Positions 31,399-41,667 of a DNA stretch of 64,000 nt are shown here, piece after piece. The notes under the pieces were generated by a model, which saw only the letters and a program-made list of their open reading frames with translations, ran no database searches and was not told the DNA's origin. A program made the position numbers and the translations under genes. Source of the DNA: an uncultured bacterium (lineage in GTDB: Bacteria; Chloroflexota; UBA5177; JANWHV01); the NCBI GenBank assembly GCA_963729625.1, contig CAVSOU010000010.1, positions 480,001-544,000 of the forward strand, given 5' to 3'. The stretch's first letter is position 1. The number at the start of each line of letters is the position of its first letter.

Positions 31399-31776
31399 TC
31401 ACTGCTTCTCCTCACTCAAGGCACCGAGCAATTCCAGCGCTTCGCTCGCCGAGACTTCTCCGGCGGCCACACGCTGCAAGATGATGTCGCGAGCGCTCGG
31501 CAAAGCCGTAGGCTCGGGCTGCTGCAACGCGCGGATAACCTCTTCAAGCTTGTTCCGGACGGTGGGGTACGAGATCCCCAGCGCTTTCTCCATTTCCGAG
31601 AGATTTCCCCTGCGTTGGACGAACAGCCGCAGGAACGTTGCCTGCTCGTCTGTCAGCCTGCAGAAGTCGCACTGGCGGAATCGGCCGGATATGGTCGTGC
31701 CGCAGCCCTCGCATGTAAGTCCAGATACTACGAGCGGGCTGCCGCAACACGGGCACGCCTCCAACTGCTTGTGCAT
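31399..31776 (-). CDS. DUF2089-family protein (Zn ribbon, HTH, SHOCT-like)
   Basis: CP.CG, C..C.T.I.G.F, GNL.E.EK.LGISYPTVRNKL; GGAGG before ATG 31776. Confidence 0.9.
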   Translation of the reverse strand: MHKQLEACPCCGSPLVVSGLTCEGCGTTISGRFRQCDFCRLTDEQATFLRLFVQRRGNLSEMEKALGISYPTVRNKLEEVIRALQQPEPTALPSARDIILQRVAAGEVSASEALELLGALSEEKQ

Positions 31777-31795
31777 CCGAAACCTCCTGAATGCA

Positions 31796-31852
31796 AGAAT
31801 AGACCAAATACTTGATAATGTCAATGGAGAACTTAAATATACTTATTATTTG
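31796..31852 (-). promoter_or_regulatory. Promoter of the DUF2089-DUF4097 operon with AT-rich upstream element
   Basis: Minus strand TTGACA-17 bp-TATTCT; inverted repeat TTGA-N5-TCAA at 31812-31824 overlaps the -35. Confidence 0.7.
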
Positions 31853-31884
31853 ATCGAGGAGATGCGTGCGGATCCGCACGGATC

Positions 31885-31920
31885 ACGATGACCCCACGGC
31901 GATCGCCGTGGGGTCATCGT
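31885..31920. repeat. Perfect 36-bp palindrome
   Basis: ACGATGACCCCACGGCGA/TCGCCGTGGGGTCATCGT. Confidence 0.9.
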
Positions 31921-31943
31921 AAAAAGTCCAGGGATTAGAGACG

Positions 31944-32366
31944 CTAGAGCTGTCCGAGCTCCGTGATCACGCGTTCGTAGGCGTGGAGAAAATCGCGCTT
32001 GAGTGGCACGAGGGGTATATTGAGGGCCTCAAGCACAGTCCTGAGGTGCTTCTCACGACCGTAGTAGAACTCGGTCACGCCGGGCCACGTGTTCAGCGCG
32101 TGCGAATTCACCACATCACTACGGCGGAGCTCGAAGCTGCCCAGTGGGCCCATGGCAGCAAAGCTGCCAAATGCAGCCGGGTCGGCCTCCGTGTATTGGA
32201 CCACCATATCGATAAGAGGCTGCGGAACAACAATGTATCCTTGATAGAGTCCCGCGAATCGCCCGTCCGCCGGAAGCGTTGCCGGGACAGCTTCGGCCTC
32301 CACGAGGTCGCTTCCAAAGAGATCGCCGGTCAAGAAATCGCCGGCATCGAGTGACGTCTCGTCCAA
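31944..32366 (-). CDS. Hypothetical protein (140 aa)
   Basis: GGAGG RBS upstream of TTG; protein-like composition; no family recognised. Confidence 0.7.
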   Translation of the reverse strand: MDETSLDAGDFLTGDLFGSDLVEAEAVPATLPADGRFAGLYQGYIVVPQPLIDMVVQYTEADPAAFGSFAAMGPLGSFELRRSDVVNSHALNTWPGVTEFYYGREKHLRTVLEALNIPLVPLKRDFLHAYERVITELGQL

Positions 32367-32617
32367 GTCCTACTGACCTCCGACAGGTTGACGCAACCGC
32401 AAAGCACAGTGCGTGCGCCATCCGTCATGGTATCGGCTCGCGCCTCATGCTGCAACATGGCCGGCGATCTCGCTCCAGTCAAGGCAGGTCAGCAAGCAGC
32501 GCATTCCGATATGCTTTAGTAGAGACAACGTTACGGGAGGTGGTAAACCTAAGAGCTGTCCGCTTATCTCTATCCCTGGCACGTGTATGCAGTCTGATAA
32601 AGGAGAAGTCTTAGCGT

Positions 32618-34225
<1,608 letters not shown>

Positions 34226-34256
34226 GACCAGGTCGTACCGGTTCATCTCCCAGCGT

Positions 34257-34296
34257 CCAACGCGCTGCCGTCTCGAATTGGACGGCAACGCGTTGG
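34257..34296 (+). terminator. Hairpin downstream of groEL
   Basis: CCAACGCG-C-TGCCGTC / GACGGCA-A-CGCGTTGG; no U-tract. Confidence 0.45.
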
Positions 34297-34496
34297 GCCT
34301 CGGCCTCCTGGAAGAGATCGGGGGAGGTGAGCGGCGACGTCGACTCTGGCAAGTTGGTCGGTGCACCCGGCATTTGTTGACCTCGATTTGCGGTTTGCGG
34401 TGCCGCTTTAGCACTCGGTCTGCCGCCTCGTGCAGTCTGGTACCAGAGCCCGGTATAATGACACGGACGGAGTCTCGCCATGCGACCGGATGAACT

Positions 34497-34988
34497 GTGA
34501 AAAGCACGACTGACCGTGGCCGCCCCGCCATGATCCCCCGGATCATCCAGCTCAACGCCCTACTCTGGCCGGAAACGTACGACCAACCGTGGCTCAGCTG
34601 GATGGATCTGGACCTGACGATGCCGCAGTTTAAACTGCTTCTGTTGATCGCATCGCGGAAGGGGCTCACAGTCGGCGACCTGGCACAGCGACTTGGCGTG
34701 ACGCCGCCAACGGTCACGATCATGCTCGACCGGCTGGTAGAGCACGGTCTCGTTCGCCGCGAAGATGACCCGGTGGACCGGCGTCTTGTCATCGCCTGTA
34801 TGACAGCCAGCGGCCTCCAGCTCTTGCAGCGCCTAAACCTGCATGCCGACACCGAGATCGCGGAGTGCATGAGCGACCTCTCACCGGCGGATCTCCATTG
34901 CCTGCTTACGGGCCTGGAAGCCCTGCATCGCACGTGGGCCGCGCGCCAGGCCGCACGAGCCAACGGGAGCGATCCTGAAGCCTGTTGA
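34497..34988 (+). CDS. MarR-family transcriptional regulator
   Basis: LTMPQ, wHTH, DRLV..GLV.R..D..DRR; TATAAT at 34454. Confidence 0.9.
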   Translation: MKSTTDRGRPAMIPRIIQLNALLWPETYDQPWLSWMDLDLTMPQFKLLLLIASRKGLTVGDLAQRLGVTPPTVTIMLDRLVEHGLVRREDDPVDRRLVIACMTASGLQLLQRLNLHADTEIAECMSDLSPADLHCLLTGLEALHRTWAARQAARANGSDPEAC

Positions 34989-35134
34989 GCGGAGTCAGGC
35001 GGATACCTCGCGGTGCTGGAGCATTGGGTTCCGAATGGGGCGCGGGAAGCACCGAAGGTTAGCGTTGCGGGACGACCTTCCGAGCTGCCCGTGATTGCGG
35101 TGCGTGGTCCGCACCATCGGACCAGTGAATTGGA

Positions 35135-35797
35135 GTGCCTGTGAACGCTCTGATCGATCTCAGCCACGTCGTCGAAGCAGGACTGATTACCTATCCAGGT
35201 CTACCCGGGCCGATCGTCTGTGACTATCTGTCGCGCGATGCTTCGAGGGAGCACTATGCCGGCGACACGAGCTTTCAGATAGCGAAGATCGAGCTGATTG
35301 CAAACACCGGCACCTACGTCGATTCCCCGTTTCATCGCTTCGAGCGAGGCGCCGACCTCTCGCAGCTCAGTCTGATGGCTCTTGGCAACCTTGAGGGAGT
35401 CGTCGTCGACGCGCGAGAGACGGCGACCGTGGTCGACATTGGGCGGTTCAGGGATCTTAACGTTTCTGGAAAGGCCGTCCTCGTTCGCACCGGCTGGGAC
35501 CGGCACTGGGCCACCGAGCGGTACCTGAGCGGGCATCCGTATCTCTCGGGCGAAATCGCGGAACTACTGCGCGATGGTGGGGCGGCGCTCGTCGGCATTG
35601 ACTCCCTGAACATCGACGACACCGCCGACGGGTATAGGCCCGTGCACACGATACTGTTGGGCGCTGGAATACCCGTGGTCGAGCACCTGTGCAATCTGGG
35701 AGCGCTGCCAAACAGCGGATTCCGCTTCCATGCTGTTCCCGTCAAGTTCCGCGGGGTCGGCACATTTCCAGTCCGGGCCTATGCAGTCTTGGGCTGA
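35135..35797 (+). CDS. Cyclase-family (kynurenine formamidase-like) metallohydrolase
   Basis: IDLSH, NTGTYVDSPFH, VGIDS, H..LL, EHL.NL, PVRA. Confidence 0.85.
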   Translation: MPVNALIDLSHVVEAGLITYPGLPGPIVCDYLSRDASREHYAGDTSFQIAKIELIANTGTYVDSPFHRFERGADLSQLSLMALGNLEGVVVDARETATVVDIGRFRDLNVSGKAVLVRTGWDRHWATERYLSGHPYLSGEIAELLRDGGAALVGIDSLNIDDTADGYRPVHTILLGAGIPVVEHLCNLGALPNSGFRFHAVPVKFRGVGTFPVRAYAVLG

Positions 35798-35809
35798 CGT
35801 CGAGCTGGT

Positions 35810-36370
35810 TCAAGCCTTCCACTCACGTTCCTGCACGCCCGCAAGCCTGTTAACTGTTCTGGCGAGCACGAACATGAGGTCCGAAAGCCGATTCAGATAC
35901 CGCAGGATTTCTGGACTTACGGGCTGCTGCGAGCTTAACGATACGACGCGGCGCTCGGCTCGTCGAGCAATTGTCCTCGCTCTGTGAAGGGCGGATGCTG
36001 CTTGAGTTCCGCCCGGTAGAATGAACGACTTGAGAGGTGGCAACTGCGCCTCGTAGCTGTCGATCGCGCGCTCGAGTGCGTCGACGTGCGGCACGCCGAC
36101 CTTGTGCAGGCGCCGCGCTAACTCGGTGCCTTCACGCTCTACCGGTGTCGCCAGTTCTGCGCCAATGTCAAACAATTCCGCCTGGATGACAGCCAGGAGG
36201 CCCGCCACGTCAGCCGCGCTGTGCTCAAGGAGTCCATGTGCGGCGCCAAGGGCGGCGTTGAGCTCATCTATCGAGCCGTACGCTTCAACTCGGAGGTCGT
36301 CCTTCCTCACCCTGGATCCGCCATACAGGCCCGTTTCGCCAAGATCTCCCGTGCGGGTGTAGATTTTCAA
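35810..36370 (-). CDS. pduO: ATP:cob(I)alamin adenosyltransferase (PduO type)
   Basis: KIYTRTGD.G.T, YG.IDELN, FILPGG, RRAER, YLNRLSD; TTG start. Confidence 0.92.
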   Translation of the reverse strand: MKIYTRTGDLGETGLYGGSRVRKDDLRVEAYGSIDELNAALGAAHGLLEHSAADVAGLLAVIQAELFDIGAELATPVEREGTELARRLHKVGVPHVDALERAIDSYEAQLPPLKSFILPGGTQAASALHRARTIARRAERRVVSLSSQQPVSPEILRYLNRLSDLMFVLARTVNRLAGVQEREWKA

Positions 36371-36619
36371 CTCGTTACCCTCTAGTTTGAAGCGGTCCCG
36401 ACACCTTAAGATAGCACCAGCATGATTCGTTACGCGCCTTATCGACGCCGCCGGACAGGATCGCTCGTTGTCCGCGGAAGAAGACCGGCAGGGCTTGTCG
36501 GCTTCCCGCACTGCAAGAGCTCGAGTCCTCGCGTGCCGAGACCTCCGACTTGCTGCGAACACTCGCACGCAAGAATGTCGTTCGGCGGCTCCGCTGACCG
36601 ATTGGCGCATACACACTAG

Positions 36620-38143
36620 ATGGGTTGTCACATGCCTCGGAGTGTACGCCGACCGGCCCTCGTGCAGACAGGGTCGTGGGCCTATGCCACGACCGCGGTT
36701 GCTATGCTTGGGCTTGCACTCATAGTCACTGCCGCGTATCTTGACCGTGCTCGGGATCCACTGCTGGCATCCGCAATGCCGAGCGCTCCCGTGCGGGCCG
36801 TCGTTGCGCTACCTTCAGGTGCCGGTCTTCCCAACGGTAGCTGGGCAAATACCGGCGACTTGCGGCTCCGCGTGACCATCGCTGGCAATGCCGATGACCG
36901 GACGGTCGTGCCTGAGTTTGAGATCCTCCCGGCGAACATTCGGTTTACGGGCGTGGCGAACGCGGCCGGCACGCTATCCACACTCCGCGCCGATGGATTG
37001 TCCGTCGTGTCGTTCCCTGTTTCCGGACTGCTCAACGATAGGCAGTATCATTGGCGCGTGCGAACGCGTAGCCTCGACGGCAGTACCAGCAAGTGGGTGG
37101 GAGGCGGATTCTTCGGCATCAGTGTCACTCCTCCCACGAGTCCGGAACTGGCCAGTGCGAACGCACCGGCCGGAGCCACTACCAACCTTCCTACCATTTC
37201 CCTCCACTGGAATCCGTCGATCGACCGTACTGGGATCGCCTACTACCAGTGGGCCAACAGTCTTGATCCGCAGGCAGTGCCGACGTGGCACAGCACGCGC
37301 GCCAGGGAGCTTCACCTGCACACCCTTGGAGACGGGACGTGGTACATCAGCATACGCGCCGTTAATCGCGCCGGCGTGGTGTCGGACCCGTTGCGGTTCT
37401 CGGTGCGCATCGATCGCAGTGCCCCTGAGCTCGAAGGACTGTTTGCTTCTACGTACGATCTCTCCGTCGGCGCCGCGCCCGCGCACGTGCAATTCTCGCT
37501 CTCCCGCGCGGGGTCCGCCACACTAGAAATCATGCGAGCCAACGGTTCACCGCTTTCAGAACATGTCGCACTGGGCACGCTGTCCCCCGGCACACATGAC
37601 GTTGCATGGGATGGCAGGGATGCAGTCGGCGGATTTCTGCCCTCCGGGACCTATAAGATTTCGATCGCGGTGCGGGACGCCCTCGGCAATTCTGCCAGGC
37701 ACGAACTGCCTGGCTTGTTCACGCTTGATACGCGGCGCGTTGTCGTGTCGCTGACCAAGCAGGACATGGCGGTATATGACGGTTCGAAGTTGCTCGTGCA
37801 TACGCTGATAACCTCCGGCGGGCCGGAAACGCAAACGCCCGTCGGAGCATTTCACGTGATAGCGAAGTACTCGCCCTACGTGATGCGGTCTCCGTGGCCA
37901 AAGTCGTCGCGACTCTGGTATCCGACGTCAACTGTCAGCTACGCTATCCTGTTCAGAGCGGGGGGCTTCTTCTTGCACGATGCCCCCTGGCGAACGCTGT
38001 ACGGTCCAGGCTCCAACGCTGTCGACGGCATACCCGGAGGAAGCACAACAGGAACTCACGGATGTGTGAACGTGCCCTTGGGCGTGGAGGAGTGGCTATA
38101 CCAGTGGGTCCACGTAGGAACAACGGTGCAGATTCGCCCGTAG
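36620..38143 (+). CDS. L,D-transpeptidase (YkuD domain) with Fn3/Ig-like and FlgD-Ig domains and N-terminal TM
   Basis: WDGRD..G..LPSG.Y (FlgD-Ig), TP.G.F, FLHDA...THGCVN catalytic His/Cys. Confidence 0.88.
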   Translation: MGCHMPRSVRRPALVQTGSWAYATTAVAMLGLALIVTAAYLDRARDPLLASAMPSAPVRAVVALPSGAGLPNGSWANTGDLRLRVTIAGNADDRTVVPEFEILPANIRFTGVANAAGTLSTLRADGLSVVSFPVSGLLNDRQYHWRVRTRSLDGSTSKWVGGGFFGISVTPPTSPELASANAPAGATTNLPTISLHWNPSIDRTGIAYYQWANSLDPQAVPTWHSTRARELHLHTLGDGTWYISIRAVNRAGVVSDPLRFSVRIDRSAPELEGLFASTYDLSVGAAPAHVQFSLSRAGSATLEIMRANGSPLSEHVALGTLSPGTHDVAWDGRDAVGGFLPSGTYKISIAVRDALGNSARHELPGLFTLDTRRVVVSLTKQDMAVYDGSKLLVHTLITSGGPETQTPVGAFHVIAKYSPYVMRSPWPKSSRLWYPTSTVSYAILFRAGGFFLHDAPWRTLYGPGSNAVDGIPGGSTTGTHGCVNVPLGVEEWLYQWVHVGTTVQIRP

Positions 38144-38266
38144 TGTTCGCCGGTTTTGACTCATAGATATTGAGGTCGGTACACTTGCGATCGTGACCGA
38201 AGAGCGGAGAGCCTCCAGCCTGGCATGTTCGCGGCCAATCCTTCGAAATCCGTGTGCCGACCGCAC

Positions 38267-38944
38267 ATGAAAGTTTCGATCATAGTTCCAGTCTTCAACG
38301 AAGCCGCGACAATCCGTATGGTGCTCGAGCGGGTGCGCATGTCGCCCATTGAGAAGGAGATCGTTGTCGTAGACGACGGTTCTACCGATGGCAGTCGCGA
38401 AATCCTTGCGCAGGAAGCGGATCAAGATACACGCGTCTTCATGCATGCGAAGAACCAGGGGAAGGGCGCGGCGATCCGCACGGGCTTGCGCCATGCAAAT
38501 GGAGACTACGTGCTGATCCAAGACGCCGATTTGGAGTACGATCCTGCTGATTATGAAGTGCTGCTGAAGCCGATCATGCGAGGTAAAGCGACCGTCGTGT
38601 ACGGCTCGCGCTTTCTTGGCGAGCATAAGGCCATGCTCTTCTGGCATAGCGTGGGGAACCGAATGCTTACGCTGATCACCAATGTGTTGTACGACACAAC
38701 GCTTACCGACATGGAAACGTGCTACAAACTCATACCCGCCGATCTGATTCGCTCAATGCACCTCCGTGCGCGCCGATTCGACTTCGAGCCGGAGATTACC
38801 GCAAAGATCCTGCGAAGCGGCCATCGCATTTATGAGGTTCCAATTTCCTACGCGGGCCGAGAGCTGAACGAAGGAAAAAAGATTACTTGGCGCGACGGCT
38901 TCCCGGCCTTGATCGCGCTCATAAAGTATCGCTTCGTGGACTAA
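38267..38944 (+). CDS. GT2 polyprenol-phosphate mannose synthase-like glycosyltransferase
   Basis: IVPVFNE, VDDGSTDG, NQGKG.A, QDADLEYDP, DMETCYK, EGKKI.W.DG. Confidence 0.9.
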   Translation: MKVSIIVPVFNEAATIRMVLERVRMSPIEKEIVVVDDGSTDGSREILAQEADQDTRVFMHAKNQGKGAAIRTGLRHANGDYVLIQDADLEYDPADYEVLLKPIMRGKATVVYGSRFLGEHKAMLFWHSVGNRMLTLITNVLYDTTLTDMETCYKLIPADLIRSMHLRARRFDFEPEITAKILRSGHRIYEVPISYAGRELNEGKKITWRDGFPALIALIKYRFVD

Positions 38945-38948
38945 ACCT

Positions 38949-40199
38949 ATGCAACAGCTTTCAACGCCGCACAGTCTGGTCGGCGTTATTGGCGATCATC
39001 GCTCCGTCGGTGCGACGATTACCGTGATGGCACAACGCGCAGGCTGCGCCACGAGGCGAGTCCTCCTGAGCGATCTCTTCAGCATCTTCCTGGCCACCAG
39101 GCTGGGCTTCGTGCTGTTGACCTACTTTGGTCGCGCGCTCTTCCACGACCCTGCCCTGGTAGGCGCCGAACGCACGGGATTCTCGGGCTACCTCCTCGAC
39201 AACTGGTTCTACCGAGATAGCCAGTGGTTCAGCGAGATTGTCACGCAGGGTTATCACTACTACGGCGCCGGCGTACGCTCGAGCGTGGCCTTCTTTCCGG
39301 TGTATCCGGTGTTGATTCGAGCCTTGACCGGCCTCACGCATATCGACGTCGACCTGGGCGCTCTAGCTGTCTCTAACGCCGCATTTCTTGGCGCGCTCAT
39401 CTACATGCAGAAACTCTGCAGCCGCGAGTTCGGGGAAGAGGCCGCGAAGCGCTCGGTACTGTACGTAGCGGTCTTCCCCACGGCATTCTTTTCTTTCGCG
39501 CCGTACTCCGAATCGACCTTCATGCTGTTCTCGATAGCCTCCTTGTACTATATGCGTTCGGAGCGCTGGTGGTTGGCCGGACTGTGCGGCGGAGTCGCTG
39601 CTGGAACACGCATTCTCGGCATCCTACTCTGCATACCATTTGCTGTTGAATACGCGCGATCCTCCCGTCTCGATCTGCGCCGTTTGCGCCCGACTGCGCT
39701 TGGCGTACTGATCATTCCCAGCGGGCTCTGGGCATACATGCTGTACCTCTACGGGTTGACCGGCGACCCTATGTCCTTTGTTCGGGCCGCAGAAGGATGG
39801 GACCGCGGCACCGTCTGGCCCTGGCGGGTACTGGCAACGAGCTTGAGCGACATACCAAAGGCTGCCGCGTCTCATCCCTACTTTCAGGCGCACGCCATCA
39901 TCGAGAATGTGCTGTTGCTCACATGCATCGGTCTTTTGATCGTCGGTTCGCGCCTGATCCCGCTATCGTTCACGCTGTACGGCCTGGCGTGTATCGGCCT
40001 ACTGCTGAGCGCTCCTGTGGTGACCAGCGATATACCGATCACATCAATGTCGCGATATCTCTTTGTCGTCACGCCGGTTTTCGTCGTGCTGGCTCGGCTT
40101 GGCCGGTGGCCGATCTTTGACCGGCTGTACGTGATGACTTCGATCGGCAGCTTGGCGCTGTTTGCCACACTCTTCCTCAACCACATGTGGGGCGCTTAG
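38949..40199 (+). CDS. PIG-V-like (GT-C) mannosyltransferase family membrane protein
   Basis: D..W...I...GY, AFFP.YP, P.AFF..PYSES.F, R..G and SMSRY motifs; multi-TM. Confidence 0.82.
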   Translation: MQQLSTPHSLVGVIGDHRSVGATITVMAQRAGCATRRVLLSDLFSIFLATRLGFVLLTYFGRALFHDPALVGAERTGFSGYLLDNWFYRDSQWFSEIVTQGYHYYGAGVRSSVAFFPVYPVLIRALTGLTHIDVDLGALAVSNAAFLGALIYMQKLCSREFGEEAAKRSVLYVAVFPTAFFSFAPYSESTFMLFSIASLYYMRSERWWLAGLCGGVAAGTRILGILLCIPFAVEYARSSRLDLRRLRPTALGVLIIPSGLWAYMLYLYGLTGDPMSFVRAAEGWDRGTVWPWRVLATSLSDIPKAAASHPYFQAHAIIENVLLLTCIGLLIVGSRLIPLSFTLYGLACIGLLLSAPVVTSDIPITSMSRYLFVVTPVFVVLARLGRWPIFDRLYVMTSIGSLALFATLFLNHMWGA

Positions 40200-40285
40200 G
40201 CTGAATGGGGCCCCCGACTTTGCTGCGTGCCCCTGAAGTGATGCGGTAAGGCCGTTGCGCGCATATCCCGGCAATGGAAGGTCGT

Positions 40286-41068
40286 TCAATCCGGGCTATT
40301 ATCGGTCTGTTCCCCCGCGGACTCGACGACGGTAGCGCGCGCCTGCGGGACAGTTGACCAATCCCCCGGCGCCGGAAGCGGATCGAACAGCTGATAAACC
40401 TGCAGCATGGCCAGCAGGTAGACAAGTCCTATCATCTGACCTGCCGCCACATCGCTGGCCCAGTGATGGCCAAGATAGATGCGGGACGGTCCGACAAGAA
40501 TCATCAGCGTGGCGCAATGCGCCAGCACATATGACCTGAGCGGTCCGCGCGGTAGATACCTGCTCGCAAGGAAGAAGACATAGCCGTAGAAGACCGAGAA
40601 ATGGGTCGCGTGCCCGCTGGGGAAGCTATTGTCCCTGAGCAATCGATGATGAAGCCGGAATGCGAGGTCTGGCCTCGGACGTTTGATCAGCAGCTTGACG
40701 ATGCCAGTACTGAAGCCGGCCCCCATCGTGCCGATGGAGAAGATGGCCTCGCGCCTGTACCCAAGTGCCCAGCAGTTTGCAGCGAGTGCAACTACGACAC
40801 TGTGAGTGAAAGGCGCGTAGCCTGGAGCGCTGACAATCCGCAGCATCTTGCCGCCGCCACGCGGAACATGCCGCTGAAACAGACGGGTTATGGCAATGTC
40901 GATCCGATTGGGTTCGGGACGACTGGCCATAACGACAAGACCCAGAAACGCGCTCGCCCCAACTCCGAGCGCGATCTTGGTCCGAAGCGGAATCGCTGCC
41001 AGTATCGGCACATCGGCGTTCGGATTGTACGTACAGGGCACGCGCTCGGAATGCGAGGATGAAACCAT
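40286..41068 (-). CDS. PAP2-family phosphatase
   Basis: K....RPRP, SFPSGH, SRIYLG.HW.SDV; GGAGG before ATG 41068. Confidence 0.9.
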   Translation of the reverse strand: MVSSSHSERVPCTYNPNADVPILAAIPLRTKIALGVGASAFLGLVVMASRPEPNRIDIAITRLFQRHVPRGGGKMLRIVSAPGYAPFTHSVVVALAANCWALGYRREAIFSIGTMGAGFSTGIVKLLIKRPRPDLAFRLHHRLLRDNSFPSGHATHFSVFYGYVFFLASRYLPRGPLRSYVLAHCATLMILVGPSRIYLGHHWASDVAAGQMIGLVYLLAMLQVYQLFDPLPAPGDWSTVPQARATVVESAGEQTDNSPD

Positions 41069-41191
41069 TCCTCCAGTGTAGCAAAGCGACCGGTGCATCA
41101 TGGCGTGACTCGACCCCGTGCGCGCGGCGACACGAGTAGCTGCGACCGAATCCTTGCTCAATTCATCGACCACGGGTACATTGGTGGAACA

Positions 41192-41467
41192 ATGAGTCGA
41201 GATTTTCGCCAGGCGACAAGAGCTCGCAGAAACCCTCCGGCCGCTGCCGCGCGCGACTTCGGCGCGCTGGCTATGCCGCTATCTCTCTTCATTCTCACGT
41301 GGATCGTGTGTGCTGCAATTGCGGCGCTTAGCTGGGACAACCTGATTGGAAATACTCCCGGCGCGATTGACTTCGGCGTCACCGCGCGCCTCGTCCTTGC
41401 CGTCAGCTTTGGGCTCCCCGGTGCCGCGCTTGTGAGCTTGGCCTGTGGTGTGGTGCGCGAACGGTAA
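41192..41467 (+). CDS. Small hypothetical membrane protein (2 TM)
   Basis: Basic N-terminus and two hydrophobic helices; fills the gap between PAP2 and the helicase. Confidence 0.55.
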   Translation: MSRDFRQATRARRNPPAAAARDFGALAMPLSLFILTWIVCAAIAALSWDNLIGNTPGAIDFGVTARLVLAVSFGLPGAALVSLACGVVRER

Positions 41468-41667
41468 TCGAGGCAAGCGACCAGTCTCTTGCTCCCCCTG
41501 CGCCAGACACGTTGTGATGACACGTATGAGATCTCGCACACCTGCAGTACTGTAGGCACGCGACGCCGGTCTCGTGGCGCGCCGCGTGCGCCCAGAAGCT
41601 TCGCGCCTTTTCCTCTGTGGCACTGAGAGCGCGGCGAACGCCCAGCCGGCAGGCACTCGGGGCCGGT

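Noticed and set aside
34408-34416. TTAGCACTC, a CIRCE left half-site after groEL
   Set aside because: No GAGTGCTAA right arm at 9-nt spacing, it lies downstream of groEL, and a single 9-mer can arise by chance
37849-37864. parS-like core TTTCACGTGA (similar TTCCACGTGGA near 4656)
   Set aside because: About five mismatches to TGTTTCACGTGAAACA and inside coding sequence
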